Shown one piece after another: positions 39,149-49,513 of a DNA stretch of 64,000 bases. The notes beneath the pieces are model-generated. The model had not been told where the DNA came from and ran no database searches. It worked only from the letters and a program-made list of their open reading frames with translations. The DNA is from Chitinophagaceae bacterium (GTDB lineage: Bacteria; Bacteroidota; Bacteroidia; Chitinophagales; Chitinophagaceae), in contig JBBAJN010000002.1 of the NCBI GenBank assembly GCA_040404045.1, positions 2,514 to 66,513 on the forward strand. The letters run 5' to 3'. Position numbers and translations under genes: made by a program. Positions within the stretch are counted from its first letter, which is position 1. Every line of letters starts with the position of its first letter.

Positions 39149-40246
39149 TTAGAACCACCCGCGCCTCCGGAACTGCCACAGCATCCAAATCGGGATCAGG
39201 AGCATGAGACCTACGGCAAAATAAAATCCCCACTCGTGGTGTGCATAGGGTATGATATCGAAGTTCATTCCAAAAATTCCCCCGATAACCGTAGCGGGGG
39301 CGAGCAGGCAGGTAACGATGGCCATTACCTTCATCACCTCATTCAGTTTCAGGTTCACATTGTTGATGTACAGGTCCTGCATACTCATCAGGATATCTCG
39401 ATAGTTCTCCGAGAGATCAAAGGCCTGCGAAATATGGTCATGCACATCATTGAAATATTTTGTGGTGCGGTCTTCCAGCAAGTCGCTTTCGCTCCTGATG
39501 ATGCTGTTGACCAGGTCTCGCACAGGCGCGATGTTTCTTTTCAGGACGATATGTTCTTTCCTGAGCTGGTTGATCTTGATCAGCGACCGGTTATTTGATT
39601 TTCTGATCAACTCTTCTTCCAGCAACTCAATTTGTTCCCCGATCCGCTCCATCACCAGGAAGTAATTGTCAACGATAAGGTCGATCATCGTGTATAGCAG
39701 GTAATCTGCGGTCCTGCTTCTGATCTGGCTTTTGGCGAGCGATAATTTTTGGCGCAACGGGTTGAATACGTCACGACTGGCATCTTCCTGGAACGAGATG
39801 ACCACGTTGTGCCCAAGGACAATACTGATCTGCTCAGACTCTACCGTTTTCTTCTCTTCGTTAAAATAAAGCATGTTCAGCAGACAGAACATCACATTGT
39901 CCACTTCTTCCATTTTGGGTCGCTGGTTCACACTGAGGATATCTTCAACAACCAGGGGGTGTATATCAAAATGCTGGCAAACAAGATCCACATCATTTTT
40001 CCTAAGGCCGTCGATGTTTATCCAGCTTAAGCGGTTACTGAATTTATAAGTAAAGCAGTCTTCCACCTTGTCCGACTCAAATTGTGAGATATTGTCGGTA
40101 TCATAGTCATATACAAATACCCGGATGTCTTTGGCCTCCTCACGGGTGGGCATAATGGTAGGATTCACATTCAGGATCTCTTTGGTTCTTTCGCTACCAA
40201 AAAGCTGCTGAAGCCCCAATAATTTCAAATAGTTCTTACCATTCAT
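39149..40246 (-). CDS. corA: Magnesium/cobalt transporter CorA
   Basis: WINIDGL, QRPK, GGIFGMNF signature and two C-terminal TM segments. Start ATG 40246 (track gives TTG 40252). Confidence 0.95.
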   Translation of the reverse strand: MNGKNYLKLLGLQQLFGSERTKEILNVNPTIMPTREEAKDIRVFVYDYDTDNISQFESDKVEDCFTYKFSNRLSWINIDGLRKNDVDLVCQHFDIHPLVVEDILSVNQRPKMEEVDNVMFCLLNMLYFNEEKKTVESEQISIVLGHNVVISFQEDASRDVFNPLRQKLSLAKSQIRSRTADYLLYTMIDLIVDNYFLVMERIGEQIELLEEELIRKSNNRSLIKINQLRKEHIVLKRNIAPVRDLVNSIIRSESDLLEDRTTKYFNDVHDHISQAFDLSENYRDILMSMQDLYINNVNLKLNEVMKVMAIVTCLLAPATVIGGIFGMNFDIIPYAHHEWGFYFAVGLMLLIPIWMLWQFRRRGWF

Positions 40247-40288
40247 GAACAAAAGGTAAACAGGAATGTGGAGATAAAAAAAGCAGGC

Positions 40289-41761
40289 TTATTTCATATT
40301 GTCGCGGTAAGCCCCCATGGTCCGCAATATAACGGGATGGGCCTCACCATTCGGCTTGAAAATGATGTTGCTGATGGGTTCCGCGGGGAACACCTGGGCC
40401 GTCATCGCCACTTCGCCGTTGCCAACATACAGCTCGGCCACACTGGCATCAAAATACAACCTGAATTTCAGCGGGCCGGAGAGTTTTCCGGGAACCACGG
40501 CCTTATACACCGAAAGTCTTCTATAGGCCTCGTTATCAAATCCCTTTGAGCCGGAACGGTCGATCACCACTTCCCTGGCGGCAGTATTGAAACGCACCAC
40601 CAGGTCGTTAGCGCCAACCACCATCTCCTGCGATCTTGCAGCTTCCGTATTCCATTCCCATTCCACCATAAAACTTTGGCTGTCTACGCGTATCGGTTTG
40701 TCAGACTTCAGTTGTACTTCTGATGTTTTCAAGGTTGCCACTTCGTCAACCGGGTTTTGCAACAGGATCCAGTCATTTTCAACCTTTTTGAGCTGCAGGG
40801 TTCGGGGTAACGACATGCTGCCGCGCCATTCGCCGGCGGGAATGGCGCCAGCATAATTCCAGTTATTCGCCCAGCCGATGCTGATCGGGGCTTTGCCGGG
40901 TGGAAGATTGTTATACACGATGGCTGCGTAGTAATCGGGCCCGTAATCGGGGCGAAGGATCTTGTCAGGCGCAGACTCGTTGATGAATTTTGTTCCGTCG
41001 AACTCGCCTACGAAATACTGCATGTAGGGTGAAGGCGAGTGCATGAACACCCATTTAAATTTTCCGGGTACGTCAGCAACGGGAACGCGAAACAGGTCGG
41101 GGCATTCCCATACGCCGGCCGTGTCGCCGGCAGGACCAAATTCACTGAGCAGGGTCCAGGCTTTCAGCGATTTTGAACTGTAGAACTGGACCTTTTTTTC
41201 ATGGGGGAGCATCACGGCCATGACCCATTTTTTTGAGGGCTCATGCCAGAACACTTTGGGATCGCGGAACTCTTTTTTTTCCAGGTCAAGGACGGGGTTG
41301 AACCTGAACTTGGTAAATGTGCGTCCCGAATCGAGGCTGTAAGCAATGTGCTGCGACTGGTTGGTATTGGGTACGTCTGCAGTATAGATGGCCACCATGG
41401 GCACCTGGCCGCGGACTTGTATGAAACCTGAGGTGTTGAAGGGATCCACCACCGCGGAACCCGAGAAAATCCCTACGTTATTTTCTTCGGGGATGGCTAC
41501 TGGAAGCTCTTTCCAGTGCACGAGGTCGGCACTGACCGAATGCCCCCAGCTCATGTGGCCCCACTGGTTTCCAAAGGGATTGTACTGGTAAAACAGGTGG
41601 TATTCGCCGGCATAGAAAACCAGGCCGTTGGGATCGTTGATCCAATTTTTGTTGGGAGTGAAGTGGTACCGGGGCCTGTATTTTTCTTTAAAGGCTTGTG
41701 ATAAAACGGTGCTATGGGAAAAAAGGACAAGAAAGACGAAGACAAAACCTTTTCGCATCAC
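40289..41761 (-). CDS. Secreted GH32 beta-fructofuranosidase / levanase-inulinase
   Basis: Signal peptide; WINDPNG, WGHMSWGH, FSGSAV, FRDPKV, WECPDL. Confidence 0.93.
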   Translation of the reverse strand: MMRKGFVFVFLVLFSHSTVLSQAFKEKYRPRYHFTPNKNWINDPNGLVFYAGEYHLFYQYNPFGNQWGHMSWGHSVSADLVHWKELPVAIPEENNVGIFSGSAVVDPFNTSGFIQVRGQVPMVAIYTADVPNTNQSQHIAYSLDSGRTFTKFRFNPVLDLEKKEFRDPKVFWHEPSKKWVMAVMLPHEKKVQFYSSKSLKAWTLLSEFGPAGDTAGVWECPDLFRVPVADVPGKFKWVFMHSPSPYMQYFVGEFDGTKFINESAPDKILRPDYGPDYYAAIVYNNLPPGKAPISIGWANNWNYAGAIPAGEWRGSMSLPRTLQLKKVENDWILLQNPVDEVATLKTSEVQLKSDKPIRVDSQSFMVEWEWNTEAARSQEMVVGANDLVVRFNTAAREVVIDRSGSKGFDNEAYRRLSVYKAVVPGKLSGPLKFRLYFDASVAELYVGNGEVAMTAQVFPAEPISNIIFKPNGEAHPVILRTMGAYRDNMK

Positions 41762-41825
41762 AAATACTTTAGGGCAAGTTAAATTCTTTATTGATTAACT
41801 GGAACCTGAGCATGCAAATTGTGGA

Positions 41826-42731
41826 CTAGGCCACCAAGGCCGCCGCTCCAAAAACCCCTGCGCTGTCACCCAGGCTGGGCTTTAGTACGGGCACATCGAG
41901 CCGGTTGTTGAAGATATAGCGGCCAATGCTCTCAACGCCCAGGGAGTAGATGGAATCAATGTTTCCCACCCCGCCGCCGATCACGATCACATCGGGATCA
42001 AGCATATTGGTGATGGACGAAACGGCTTTTCCGAAGAAGTTATGAAGCCGGTCCAGGGTTTGTTGTGCAAACGGATCACCGGGATCCTGAACGATCTGTT
42101 TCAGCGTTTTCTCCTGCCCGCTGATGGAATGATAGAAACGCTGAAGCGCGGGGCCCGACAAAACCGTTTCCACGCATCCGGTTTTACCGCAATAGCAGGA
42201 GCCTCCCGATTCATCGAGAAAATTATGTCCCCATTCTCCTGCTATACCGTGTTTACCATTCCATACTTTGCCATCGATCACGATACCGCCGCCCACTCCG
42301 GTTCCCATGATGATACCAAACACCATCCGCGCGTCGGGTGTTTTTTCTTTGACTACGCCCCAGTGTGTTTCGGCGAGAGCGAAGCAGTTGGCATCATTGG
42401 CCAGCATAACCGGTATTCCCAGCTTCTCTTCGAGGTCCCGCTTGAGCGGCTGGCCATTCAGTGAGGTGCTGTTGCAGTTTTTCATGGTCTGCGGGATGGG
42501 ATCTAAAACACCCGGGGTACCAAAACCAATGGCCTTTGGGGATAGTCCTGATTCGCTGTGCATCAGACTTACGAGGGCAGCGATCTGGTCAAGGATATGA
42601 CCATAGCCCTTGTGGACTTCTGTATCAACACGGTTTCGGATAATGGGCGTTGGGTTCTGAAGAGCGGGAAGGATGACCCCCTCTATCTTTGTACCCCCCA
42701 GATCAATACCCCATATGGGAGCGGTATTCAT
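41826..42731 (-). CDS. ROK-family sugar kinase (Mak/fructokinase-like, no HTH)
   Basis: GIDLGGTKIE, ANDANCFALAE, MGTGVGGG, AGEWGH, CYCGKTGCVE. Confidence 0.88.
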   Translation of the reverse strand: MNTAPIWGIDLGGTKIEGVILPALQNPTPIIRNRVDTEVHKGYGHILDQIAALVSLMHSESGLSPKAIGFGTPGVLDPIPQTMKNCNSTSLNGQPLKRDLEEKLGIPVMLANDANCFALAETHWGVVKEKTPDARMVFGIIMGTGVGGGIVIDGKVWNGKHGIAGEWGHNFLDESGGSCYCGKTGCVETVLSGPALQRFYHSISGQEKTLKQIVQDPGDPFAQQTLDRLHNFFGKAVSSITNMLDPDVIVIGGGVGNIDSIYSLGVESIGRYIFNNRLDVPVLKPSLGDSAGVFGAAALVA

Positions 42732-42842
42732 TAATAAGCGACGTTTTTAACCGACTGTAAGTTAGCGAAATCGAGTTGAAAAATCTATGTACATTTATTG
42801 TGTTCATGAAGCATAATCATCACCATTCCTTATACGAGAAAC

Positions 42843-44150
42843 ATGTTTTCATTTCCCGTTCGGATAGCCCTTATAGCCGCCCTTGGCGGATTTCTTTTTG
42901 GGTTTGAAACTGCTGTGATTTCCGGCGCTGAAAAGATCATCCAGGGCCTCTGGTCGCTCACGCCTTTCTGGCAGGGATTTACTGTGGCTTCGAGCCTGAT
43001 TGGAACAGTCATTGGATCATTGGTTGCGGGATTGCCCGCACAAAGGTTCGGCAGAAAGAAAGTGCTGATCGCCATTGCCATCATGTATTTGTTATCGGCC
43101 GTGGGTTGTGCCCTTTCCAGCAGCTGGCTGTTATTTGTCACATTCCGGTTCATAGGGGGCATTGCCGTGGGCGCTTCTTCCGTAGTAGGTCCTATGTATA
43201 TTTCAGAGATCTCGCCGGCGCATCTGCGCGGCAGGCTTGCCGGATCGTTCCAGTTGAACATCGTGCTGGGTATTTTTGTAGCCTATATTACCAATTACAT
43301 ATTTGCCGGTTCCGGGGAAGACGCCTGGCGTTGGATGTTGGGCGTCATGATGGTGCCTGCAGTCATATTTGCGATTTTGGTTCGCACTATTCCTGAAAGT
43401 CCCCGCTGGCTGATCCTCAATCATGAAACGGACAGAGCGATACCTATCCTTAACCGCATTGGCGAGTCGAACACGGTGCGCGCCATTCATGAGATCAGGG
43501 CATCTGTTACCGATATCCGTCAGAAACTTTTCCAGCCGCGGTACAACAAGCCCATTTTGTTTGCAGTTATACTGGCCATGTTCAACCAGCTTTCGGGCAT
43601 CAACGCAATTATTTACTATGCCCCACGGATCTTTGAGATGGCAGGATTTGATCAGTCGAACTCTTTCCTGCAGCCGATCTATATAGGGGCAGCGAATCTG
43701 GTCTTCACGTTGTTGGCCATGACCATGATCGATCGATTTGGACGGAAGAAACTACTCATTATAGGCTCTTTTGGAATGATCCTTTTCCTTGGATTGACGG
43801 CTTCGGCGTTCAGGAATCCTGGCGTTGCCGATCCCAATGTCATCTGGTACCTGATCGGGTTCATCGGCTTTTTCGGATTCTCACAGGGCGCTGTGATCTG
43901 GGTATTTATCTCAGAGATCTTCCCCAATTCTGTTCGCTCGCAGGGCGGCTCGCTTGGCAGTTTCACACACTGGATCATGGCCGCCATTATATCCTGGTCC
44001 TTCCCCGTGATTGTTGAGGGCAGTGATTTGGGCGGGTATTATTCGTTTATTTTTTATACGGTCATGATGGTGCTCCACCTGGTGTTTGTCTGGAAGTTCC
44101 TCCCTGAAACCAAAGGTAAAACGCTGGAAGAGATCGGGCAATCGATGTGA
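42843..44150 (+). CDS. Sugar porter family MFS transporter
   Basis: ALGGFLFGFETAVISG, RFGRKK, YISEISP...RG, PESPRWL, QLSGINAIIYY, PETKGKTLEEI. Confidence 0.95.
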   Translation: MFSFPVRIALIAALGGFLFGFETAVISGAEKIIQGLWSLTPFWQGFTVASSLIGTVIGSLVAGLPAQRFGRKKVLIAIAIMYLLSAVGCALSSSWLLFVTFRFIGGIAVGASSVVGPMYISEISPAHLRGRLAGSFQLNIVLGIFVAYITNYIFAGSGEDAWRWMLGVMMVPAVIFAILVRTIPESPRWLILNHETDRAIPILNRIGESNTVRAIHEIRASVTDIRQKLFQPRYNKPILFAVILAMFNQLSGINAIIYYAPRIFEMAGFDQSNSFLQPIYIGAANLVFTLLAMTMIDRFGRKKLLIIGSFGMILFLGLTASAFRNPGVADPNVIWYLIGFIGFFGFSQGAVIWVFISEIFPNSVRSQGGSLGSFTHWIMAAIISWSFPVIVEGSDLGGYYSFIFYTVMMVLHLVFVWKFLPETKGKTLEEIGQSM

Positions 44151-44159
44151 GGTTTGGGC

Positions 44160-44873
44160 TTAGAGCATCTTGCGCGCACTTTCCAGGTCTTCGGGCGTGT
44201 CAATGCCTATAGCGCTGAATGCAGTTGTCACCATACGGATCCTGATACCGTTTTCCAGGTAGCGGAGTTGCTCCAGTTTTTCCACTTGCTCCAGGCGGCC
44301 GGTGGCCCAACTTACAAATTGCAGCAAGGCATTTTTTCTGTATCCATAGACCCCGATATGCCGGTGATAGGTGAAGGCGGCTTCTGCGTCCCTTTTGTAG
44401 GGTATGCATGACCGTGAGAAATACAACGCGTTGTCGGCGTTGTCTGTAACCACTTTTACGATATTGGGATTATTGAGCTGGTCTTCTTGAATCGGGTGCA
44501 TCAGGGAGGCAACCTGTACGAGCTGGTCTTCAAAAGATTTCAGCAATTTTGCCAGGGGTTCTTTTTCCAGGAAGGGTTCATCACCCTGCACGTTGATGAT
44601 CACGTCTACATCCAGGTCTTGCACGGCTTCTGCGATCCTGTCGCTCCCGCTTTCATGTTCTTTCTTACTCATCACTGCTTTACCACCATGGGAAGTGATC
44701 TCGTTGAAAATGATCTGGCTGTCCGTTGCTACAATAACATCGTCGAACAGTTCGGTTGCCACAGTATTGTCATAGGTGTGCCTGATTACTGTTTTGTTGC
44801 CCAGCATCTGCATAAGTTTGGCCGGGAAGCGGGTAGCGGCATAACGTGCGGGAATAACAGCGATCTTTTTCAT
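44160..44873 (-). CDS. kdsB: 3-deoxy-manno-octulosonate cytidylyltransferase
   Basis: [49 protein letters not shown]. Confidence 0.96.
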   Translation of the reverse strand: MKKIAVIPARYAATRFPAKLMQMLGNKTVIRHTYDNTVATELFDDVIVATDSQIIFNEITSHGGKAVMSKKEHESGSDRIAEAVQDLDVDVIINVQGDEPFLEKEPLAKLLKSFEDQLVQVASLMHPIQEDQLNNPNIVKVVTDNADNALYFSRSCIPYKRDAEAAFTYHRHIGVYGYRKNALLQFVSWATGRLEQVEKLEQLRYLENGIRIRMVTTAFSAIGIDTPEDLESARKML

Positions 44874-44921
44874 GGGCTAAAGATATTCTGAAATCCGTTT
44901 CTAATACTATGAGTGGGTGGG

Positions 44922-45749
44922 TCAGGACTCGTTGAGTTTCTGGAAAGGCTTTTTCATAAGGGATACAAAGTCCTCATCCTTTTCGTTGGGGTAGTATCGG
45001 TCCAGGCCGTACTTGATATCTTTGGGGTGCAAAGTGCTGAATGTGCCCAGCATCCTGTCCCAGATGGAGAATACAGCGCCATAGTTGGTATCCGTGTAGG
45101 GTTGTTTCCAATGGTGATGCACTTTGTGCATATTGGGGGAGACCAGGAAATAACTGAGGAATTTATCAATGGCAGGTGGAAGCGAGATGTTGGCGTGGGT
45201 GAACGTGGTGAAAAAAACCAACAGGGTCTGGTAGATCATTACTGCGTACATGGGAACGCCTGCGATGAGGATGCCCAGCATGAAAAAGATACCACGGAAT
45301 ACGCTTTCGAGGGGATGATGCCTCAGGCCGGTAGTGACGTCTACGTTATTATCGGAATGATGGATGATGTGCATGCGCCAGAACAGCGGGACCTGGTGTT
45401 CTACCATGTGTACCAGCCAGCCCCCAAAAAAATCAAGCACGAGGGCAGATATGACGATGGTCCAGAGCACATTTGCCTTCAGCCAGTAGACCAGTCCGAA
45501 TTGTTCCTGTTTGGTCCAGTCTGCGATCATCAGGATCAGGATGGCGAGCAGGGTGTGGATCACGAAATGCATGATGGTGAAACTGAGATTGACAAAAGCG
45601 TGGCGGGCTTTTGTTTTCTTGTATGTCATCGAGATCAGGGGAATGGCGCCTTCAATCACCCAAAGCAGCAGCATTCCGCCCACGAAGAAGGAGAGTCGTT
45701 GCAGGGGCCTGTTCTCGAGGCCGTTAAAAAAGTCCAGGATGGATTCCAT
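44922..45749 (-). CDS. Sterol desaturase / fatty acid hydroxylase family membrane protein
   Basis: His boxes HMVEH, HIIHHSD, LRHHP, HKVHHH; TNYGAVFSIWDRMLGT. Confidence 0.88.
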   Translation of the reverse strand: MESILDFFNGLENRPLQRLSFFVGGMLLLWVIEGAIPLISMTYKKTKARHAFVNLSFTIMHFVIHTLLAILILMIADWTKQEQFGLVYWLKANVLWTIVISALVLDFFGGWLVHMVEHQVPLFWRMHIIHHSDNNVDVTTGLRHHPLESVFRGIFFMLGILIAGVPMYAVMIYQTLLVFFTTFTHANISLPPAIDKFLSYFLVSPNMHKVHHHWKQPYTDTNYGAVFSIWDRMLGTFSTLHPKDIKYGLDRYYPNEKDEDFVSLMKKPFQKLNES

Positions 45750-45752
45750 AAA

Positions 45753-45842
45753 CAATTGGCTAATGAGCTAATTTACTGATTAGCTGATTAGCCAATAGAA
45801 AAATGTTTACGTCGGTTCTGACCTAAGAATGAGCCAATTGTT
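45753..45842. repeat. Degenerate 8-bp tandem array (YAATTRGC), 6 units plus 2 downstream units
   Basis: caattggc-taatgagc-taatttac-tgattagc-tgattagc-caatagaa; then gaatgagc-caattgtt at 45827-45842. Confidence 0.8.
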
Positions 45843-46956
45843 ACTGGTTCAGCATAAGCGGCATAACGAGCATCAGCAAATCTTCATTTTCCCCCTGGTC
45901 GGTGGGTTTGATGATACCCGCTTTGGTAGGCGTTGAAAGCTCCATGCGCACTTCCTCGCTTTCTGTGGCGGACATCATTTCGATCAGGAAGCGGGCGTTG
46001 AAAGCGATCTGCATGTCTTCCCCATCGTACTGGCATTTCATTCTTTCGTTTCCTTCAAAGCTGAAGTCTACGTCTTGTGCAGTTAGCTGTAACTCAGAAC
46101 CAGAGATGTTCAGGGCTACCTGGTTGGTGCTCTTGTTACTGAAAATGCTTACACGCCTCAATGCGCTTTGGAAATCTGTGCGGAGGAGATTCATCTTATA
46201 TGGATTGTCGCCCGGGATCACCACTTTATAATCGGGGAACCTCGCATCGATCAGGCGGCAGACCATTTGAGTAGATCCATGGTCAACAAACAGATGGTTA
46301 CCATTATAAGAAATGTTCAGTTCGTCTTCATTATCCGGCAAGGCGCTTTTCAATAAATTCAGCGGCTTGCGGGGAACGATAAAGCTGTCCGCTTTGGGGC
46401 AGCTCACATCGGTCCTTTTATATTTCACCAGGCGATGCGCGTCGGTTGCCACTACGGTCAGTCCTTTTTTGTCGAGCTCGAAGAAAACACCCGTCATAGC
46501 TGGTCTAAGGTCATCATTGCTTACGGCAAAAAGTGTTTTATTAATGGCGGTCAGCAATGCGGAAGAAGTCATACTGAACGACGTTGTGGTATCAGCAGAG
46601 GGTTCCTTCGGAAAATTGTCTGGGTTCTCGCCCATCACCTTATACTTACCGTTGTCGCTGGTGATCTCGATACCGAAATTTTTATCGATGTTAAAAGTCA
46701 ACGGTTGCTCAGGTAAATTCTTCAGTGAATCCATCAGGATCTTTGCGGGGATACAAACTTTACCGCTATCTTTCGCTTCAATATCCATGTGGATTTTCAT
46801 GACTGTTTCAAGGTCGGTCGCTACCACGGTCAGCCTGTTTTTCTCTATCTCAAATAGGAAGTCTTCAAGAATAGGCAGTACGGTATTTGCGTTGATCACA
46901 CCATTGATCTGTTGCAGTTGTTTGAGGAGAGCCGACGCGGATACGATGAACTTCAT
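45841..46956 (-). CDS. dnaN: DNA polymerase III beta clamp
   Basis: NTVLPILEDF, VVATDLE, DDLRPAMTGV, VATDAHRL, FPDYKVVIP, AFNARFL, LVMPLML; ATG 46956. Confidence 0.97.
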   Translation of the reverse strand: MKFIVSASALLKQLQQINGVINANTVLPILEDFLFEIEKNRLTVVATDLETVMKIHMDIEAKDSGKVCIPAKILMDSLKNLPEQPLTFNIDKNFGIEITSDNGKYKVMGENPDNFPKEPSADTTTSFSMTSSALLTAINKTLFAVSNDDLRPAMTGVFFELDKKGLTVVATDAHRLVKYKRTDVSCPKADSFIVPRKPLNLLKSALPDNEDELNISYNGNHLFVDHGSTQMVCRLIDARFPDYKVVIPGDNPYKMNLLRTDFQSALRRVSIFSNKSTNQVALNISGSELQLTAQDVDFSFEGNERMKCQYDGEDMQIAFNARFLIEMMSATESEEVRMELSTPTKAGIIKPTDQGENEDLLMLVMPLMLNQ

Positions 46957-47074
46957 GAAGTTTTTGTTTGTGAGCAAATATAAGGGGGTAGAATTTATTA
47001 AAATCCGTGATTTTTGAACATTTTACCCGTGATTCTATGTTAAATTGTGTAACCAAATTACATTGGGAAAATCG

Positions 47075-48394
47075 ATGTTTGACAAGCTTTTCGGGTGGTT
47101 CAGGAAAACGGCGGAACCCCGGCCAGATATAGTTTTTGGCAGGTATTCCGACAATAACAAGACCGTTAAGCAGGTGAACCGCTGGACGGAGGCAGACAAT
47201 CTTTTTAAGGACCGCCAATATCAACAAAGCATCGATGCGTTTTTCGAGTATTTACGGGACGATCATGTCAGGAATGTGGAGACGGACCGTAAGGGTGAGA
47301 TATTGAATTTTACCATTTACCAGGGATCGAAGGTAGTCAGGGGTATCTGTAACAATGAGCGATTATCAGCGGAGGTCATGCTGGCCCGGATGCCCGAGCC
47401 CAGCATCCCGGTAATGCGCAGGCTTCTGGAGCAGAACTACCTGTTGTACTATAGCAGGTATACGCTGGACAATAACAAGATCTGCATGCGGTTTGACAGC
47501 GAGATCGAAACAGCCAATCCCAATAAGCTTTATTATGGTCTGAAGGAACTGGCCACCAAGGCGGATAAGCAGGATGATCTTCTGGTTCAGGATTTTGCCT
47601 CACTTGAGCAGATCGACACGGATCATGTGGCCCAGCTGCCCGATCGGGAGAAACAGGTTAAACTCGATTATTTCCGCAACTTCATCAAAGGCACCGTGGA
47701 ATATATTGACACGCTGGACAAGGACAAGCTCGCTGGCGGGATCTCATATATGTTGCTGGCGTTGGGGTACCGGATTGATTACCTGATTGCGCCCGAGGGT
47801 AAGTTGTTGCAGGAAATGGAGAAGGTGATAAGCATCTATTTCAGCAAGGAGGAAAGGTCCGCGCAGGAAAAGAACCACCTAATGACGGAGGCCTTTCGAA
47901 AAATGCTGGACAAAAAAGACCAGGATATCCTGCCCTACCTGTTCAGATCAACATCCACATTTTCCATTGTGACACCGCAGCCGCACAATGTGATCGCCGA
48001 AGCCCTCAATACGGCGATACAAAATATGCTGTGGTACCGCGACAATAAATATCCGGAGATCGCCCGGCAAATCATGGAGTATGGCATATCCTACTGCCAG
48101 TATTCATACAGCTTGCCCAAACCCATGAGCCTGCTGGTTCAGATGTTCATGGAAATAAATTATCCGGATTACTTCATGCATCTTGACTTCAAAGGGAAAT
48201 TGTACGATCCGGCCGCTAACCAATTCGAAAAACAGGAAATTGAAGACCACGCTGAGCAGATCATCAGCGCATGGACAGAAAAATACCCGAGCCTGGTGTG
48301 GAAAGCATCAAACATCAGGTACGACAATATCATTAGTTTTAATCAGAGTTTCCTGAACGAGATCCAGGGATTGAATTTCGAAGGAGTAAAATAA
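47075..48394 (+). CDS. Hypothetical protein with a YbjN/CesT-like domain and helical C-terminal region
   Basis: IPVMRRLLEQNYLLYYSRYTLD...LKELATKADKQDDLL fits the T3SS-chaperone-like pattern; no signal peptide; ATG 47075. Confidence 0.55.
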   Translation: MFDKLFGWFRKTAEPRPDIVFGRYSDNNKTVKQVNRWTEADNLFKDRQYQQSIDAFFEYLRDDHVRNVETDRKGEILNFTIYQGSKVVRGICNNERLSAEVMLARMPEPSIPVMRRLLEQNYLLYYSRYTLDNNKICMRFDSEIETANPNKLYYGLKELATKADKQDDLLVQDFASLEQIDTDHVAQLPDREKQVKLDYFRNFIKGTVEYIDTLDKDKLAGGISYMLLALGYRIDYLIAPEGKLLQEMEKVISIYFSKEERSAQEKNHLMTEAFRKMLDKKDQDILPYLFRSTSTFSIVTPQPHNVIAEALNTAIQNMLWYRDNKYPEIARQIMEYGISYCQYSYSLPKPMSLLVQMFMEINYPDYFMHLDFKGKLYDPAANQFEKQEIEDHAEQIISAWTEKYPSLVWKASNIRYDNIISFNQSFLNEIQGLNFEGVK

Positions 48395-48398
48395 GGGA

Positions 48399-49508
48399 AT
48401 GGAAGCCAGCACAGCGCAATCTATCATAGAGTCATTTCAGTACGTAGTGGTCCAGATCGCTACCCAAAGCGGCACGGGTACGGGCTTTTACGTGAAAGAG
48501 TTCGACCTGATCGTCACCAACCACCATGTTGTAAAAGATTTTGCCGAAGTGACCATGATGGGAAAACATTTCTCAAAAACGATCTCCCGGGTTTTGTATA
48601 CCGATTCGAAGCATGACCTCGCTTTTCTTTTGCCCCCGGATCACGTGGAATTCCCTGAGATCAGGCTCGGAAATTATAATGATATCAAAGATGGGGATCC
48701 TGTGATCGCTATTGGTCACCCCTATGGCTTAAATTATTCCGCTACGCAGGGTGTGGTGAGTAAAGTGAACAGGATCCGCGAAGGCCTGAAATTCATCCAG
48801 ATCGATGCGGCCATCAATCCAGGCAACAGCGGCGGACCACTGGTGAATAAATATGGCCATATCATAGGCGTCAATTCCTTTATCATCCGCGGTGGGGATA
48901 ACCTGGGATTTGCGCTTCCGGTTAATTATCTCAATGTTGCGCTGAGTCTTTACCTGCCCCACAAGGGAAAAGCTTCTTCGAGGTGTCCTTCATGTGATTT
49001 CCTGGTGCTGGGTTCAAACATTGACTCAAATAGATATTGCCCCAGTTGTGGTACCGAAGTGACCCTCCCCCTGATCCCGGAGAAAGAAGCCGAAACCGTT
49101 GGTATCCCGCGCATCATAGAGGATATCCTGGGCCAGTTGGGCAAGGATATCAAGCTCGCCCGTAATGGTGTGAACAACTGGGAGGTGAAGGAAGGATCCG
49201 CAAAGATCAAGATCAGTTATAATACCGACAGCTACTTTATTGCCGCAGATGCATTTCTCTGCCAGCTACCCTCAGATGTCACCATGATCAAACCCCTTTA
49301 CCAGTACCTGTTGAAAGAAAATCATCGGATCAACGGCCTGGTACTCAGTTGCTACCAACAGAATATCGTTCTGTCGAGCCTGACGTACGACCACGATCTG
49401 AACAAGCAAAATGGTACCGCCACCTTCGGTAACCTTTTCAGGAAAGCCGATGAGTACGATGGTTTCCTGAAAAGGGAATTCGGTTGCCTGCAGAGGTTGG
49501 AAGAATAG
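48399..49508 (+). CDS. Cytoplasmic trypsin-like (S1C) serine protease with Zn-ribbon and C-terminal YbjN-like domain
   Basis: Catalytic triad VTNHHVV / HDLAFL / AAINPGNSGGPL; CPSC-x12-CPSC; C-terminal LYQYLLKENH...FRKADEYDGFL. No signal peptide or PDZ domain. Confidence 0.8.
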   Translation: MEASTAQSIIESFQYVVVQIATQSGTGTGFYVKEFDLIVTNHHVVKDFAEVTMMGKHFSKTISRVLYTDSKHDLAFLLPPDHVEFPEIRLGNYNDIKDGDPVIAIGHPYGLNYSATQGVVSKVNRIREGLKFIQIDAAINPGNSGGPLVNKYGHIIGVNSFIIRGGDNLGFALPVNYLNVALSLYLPHKGKASSRCPSCDFLVLGSNIDSNRYCPSCGTEVTLPLIPEKEAETVGIPRIIEDILGQLGKDIKLARNGVNNWEVKEGSAKIKISYNTDSYFIAADAFLCQLPSDVTMIKPLYQYLLKENHRINGLVLSCYQQNIVLSSLTYDHDLNKQNGTATFGNLFRKADEYDGFLKREFGCLQRLEE

Positions 49509-49513
49509 AGGCA

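Noticed and set aside
44913-45779. 288-aa plus-strand ORF, and similar long antisense ORFs (7060-7869, 23479-24324, 46313-47017, 50066-50809, 56491-57228)
   Set aside because: Shadow frames opposite well-supported genes, with no recognisable motifs.
48483-48498. parS-like GCTTTTACGTGAAAGA
   Set aside because: About 12/16 match inside a CDS; consistent with chance.
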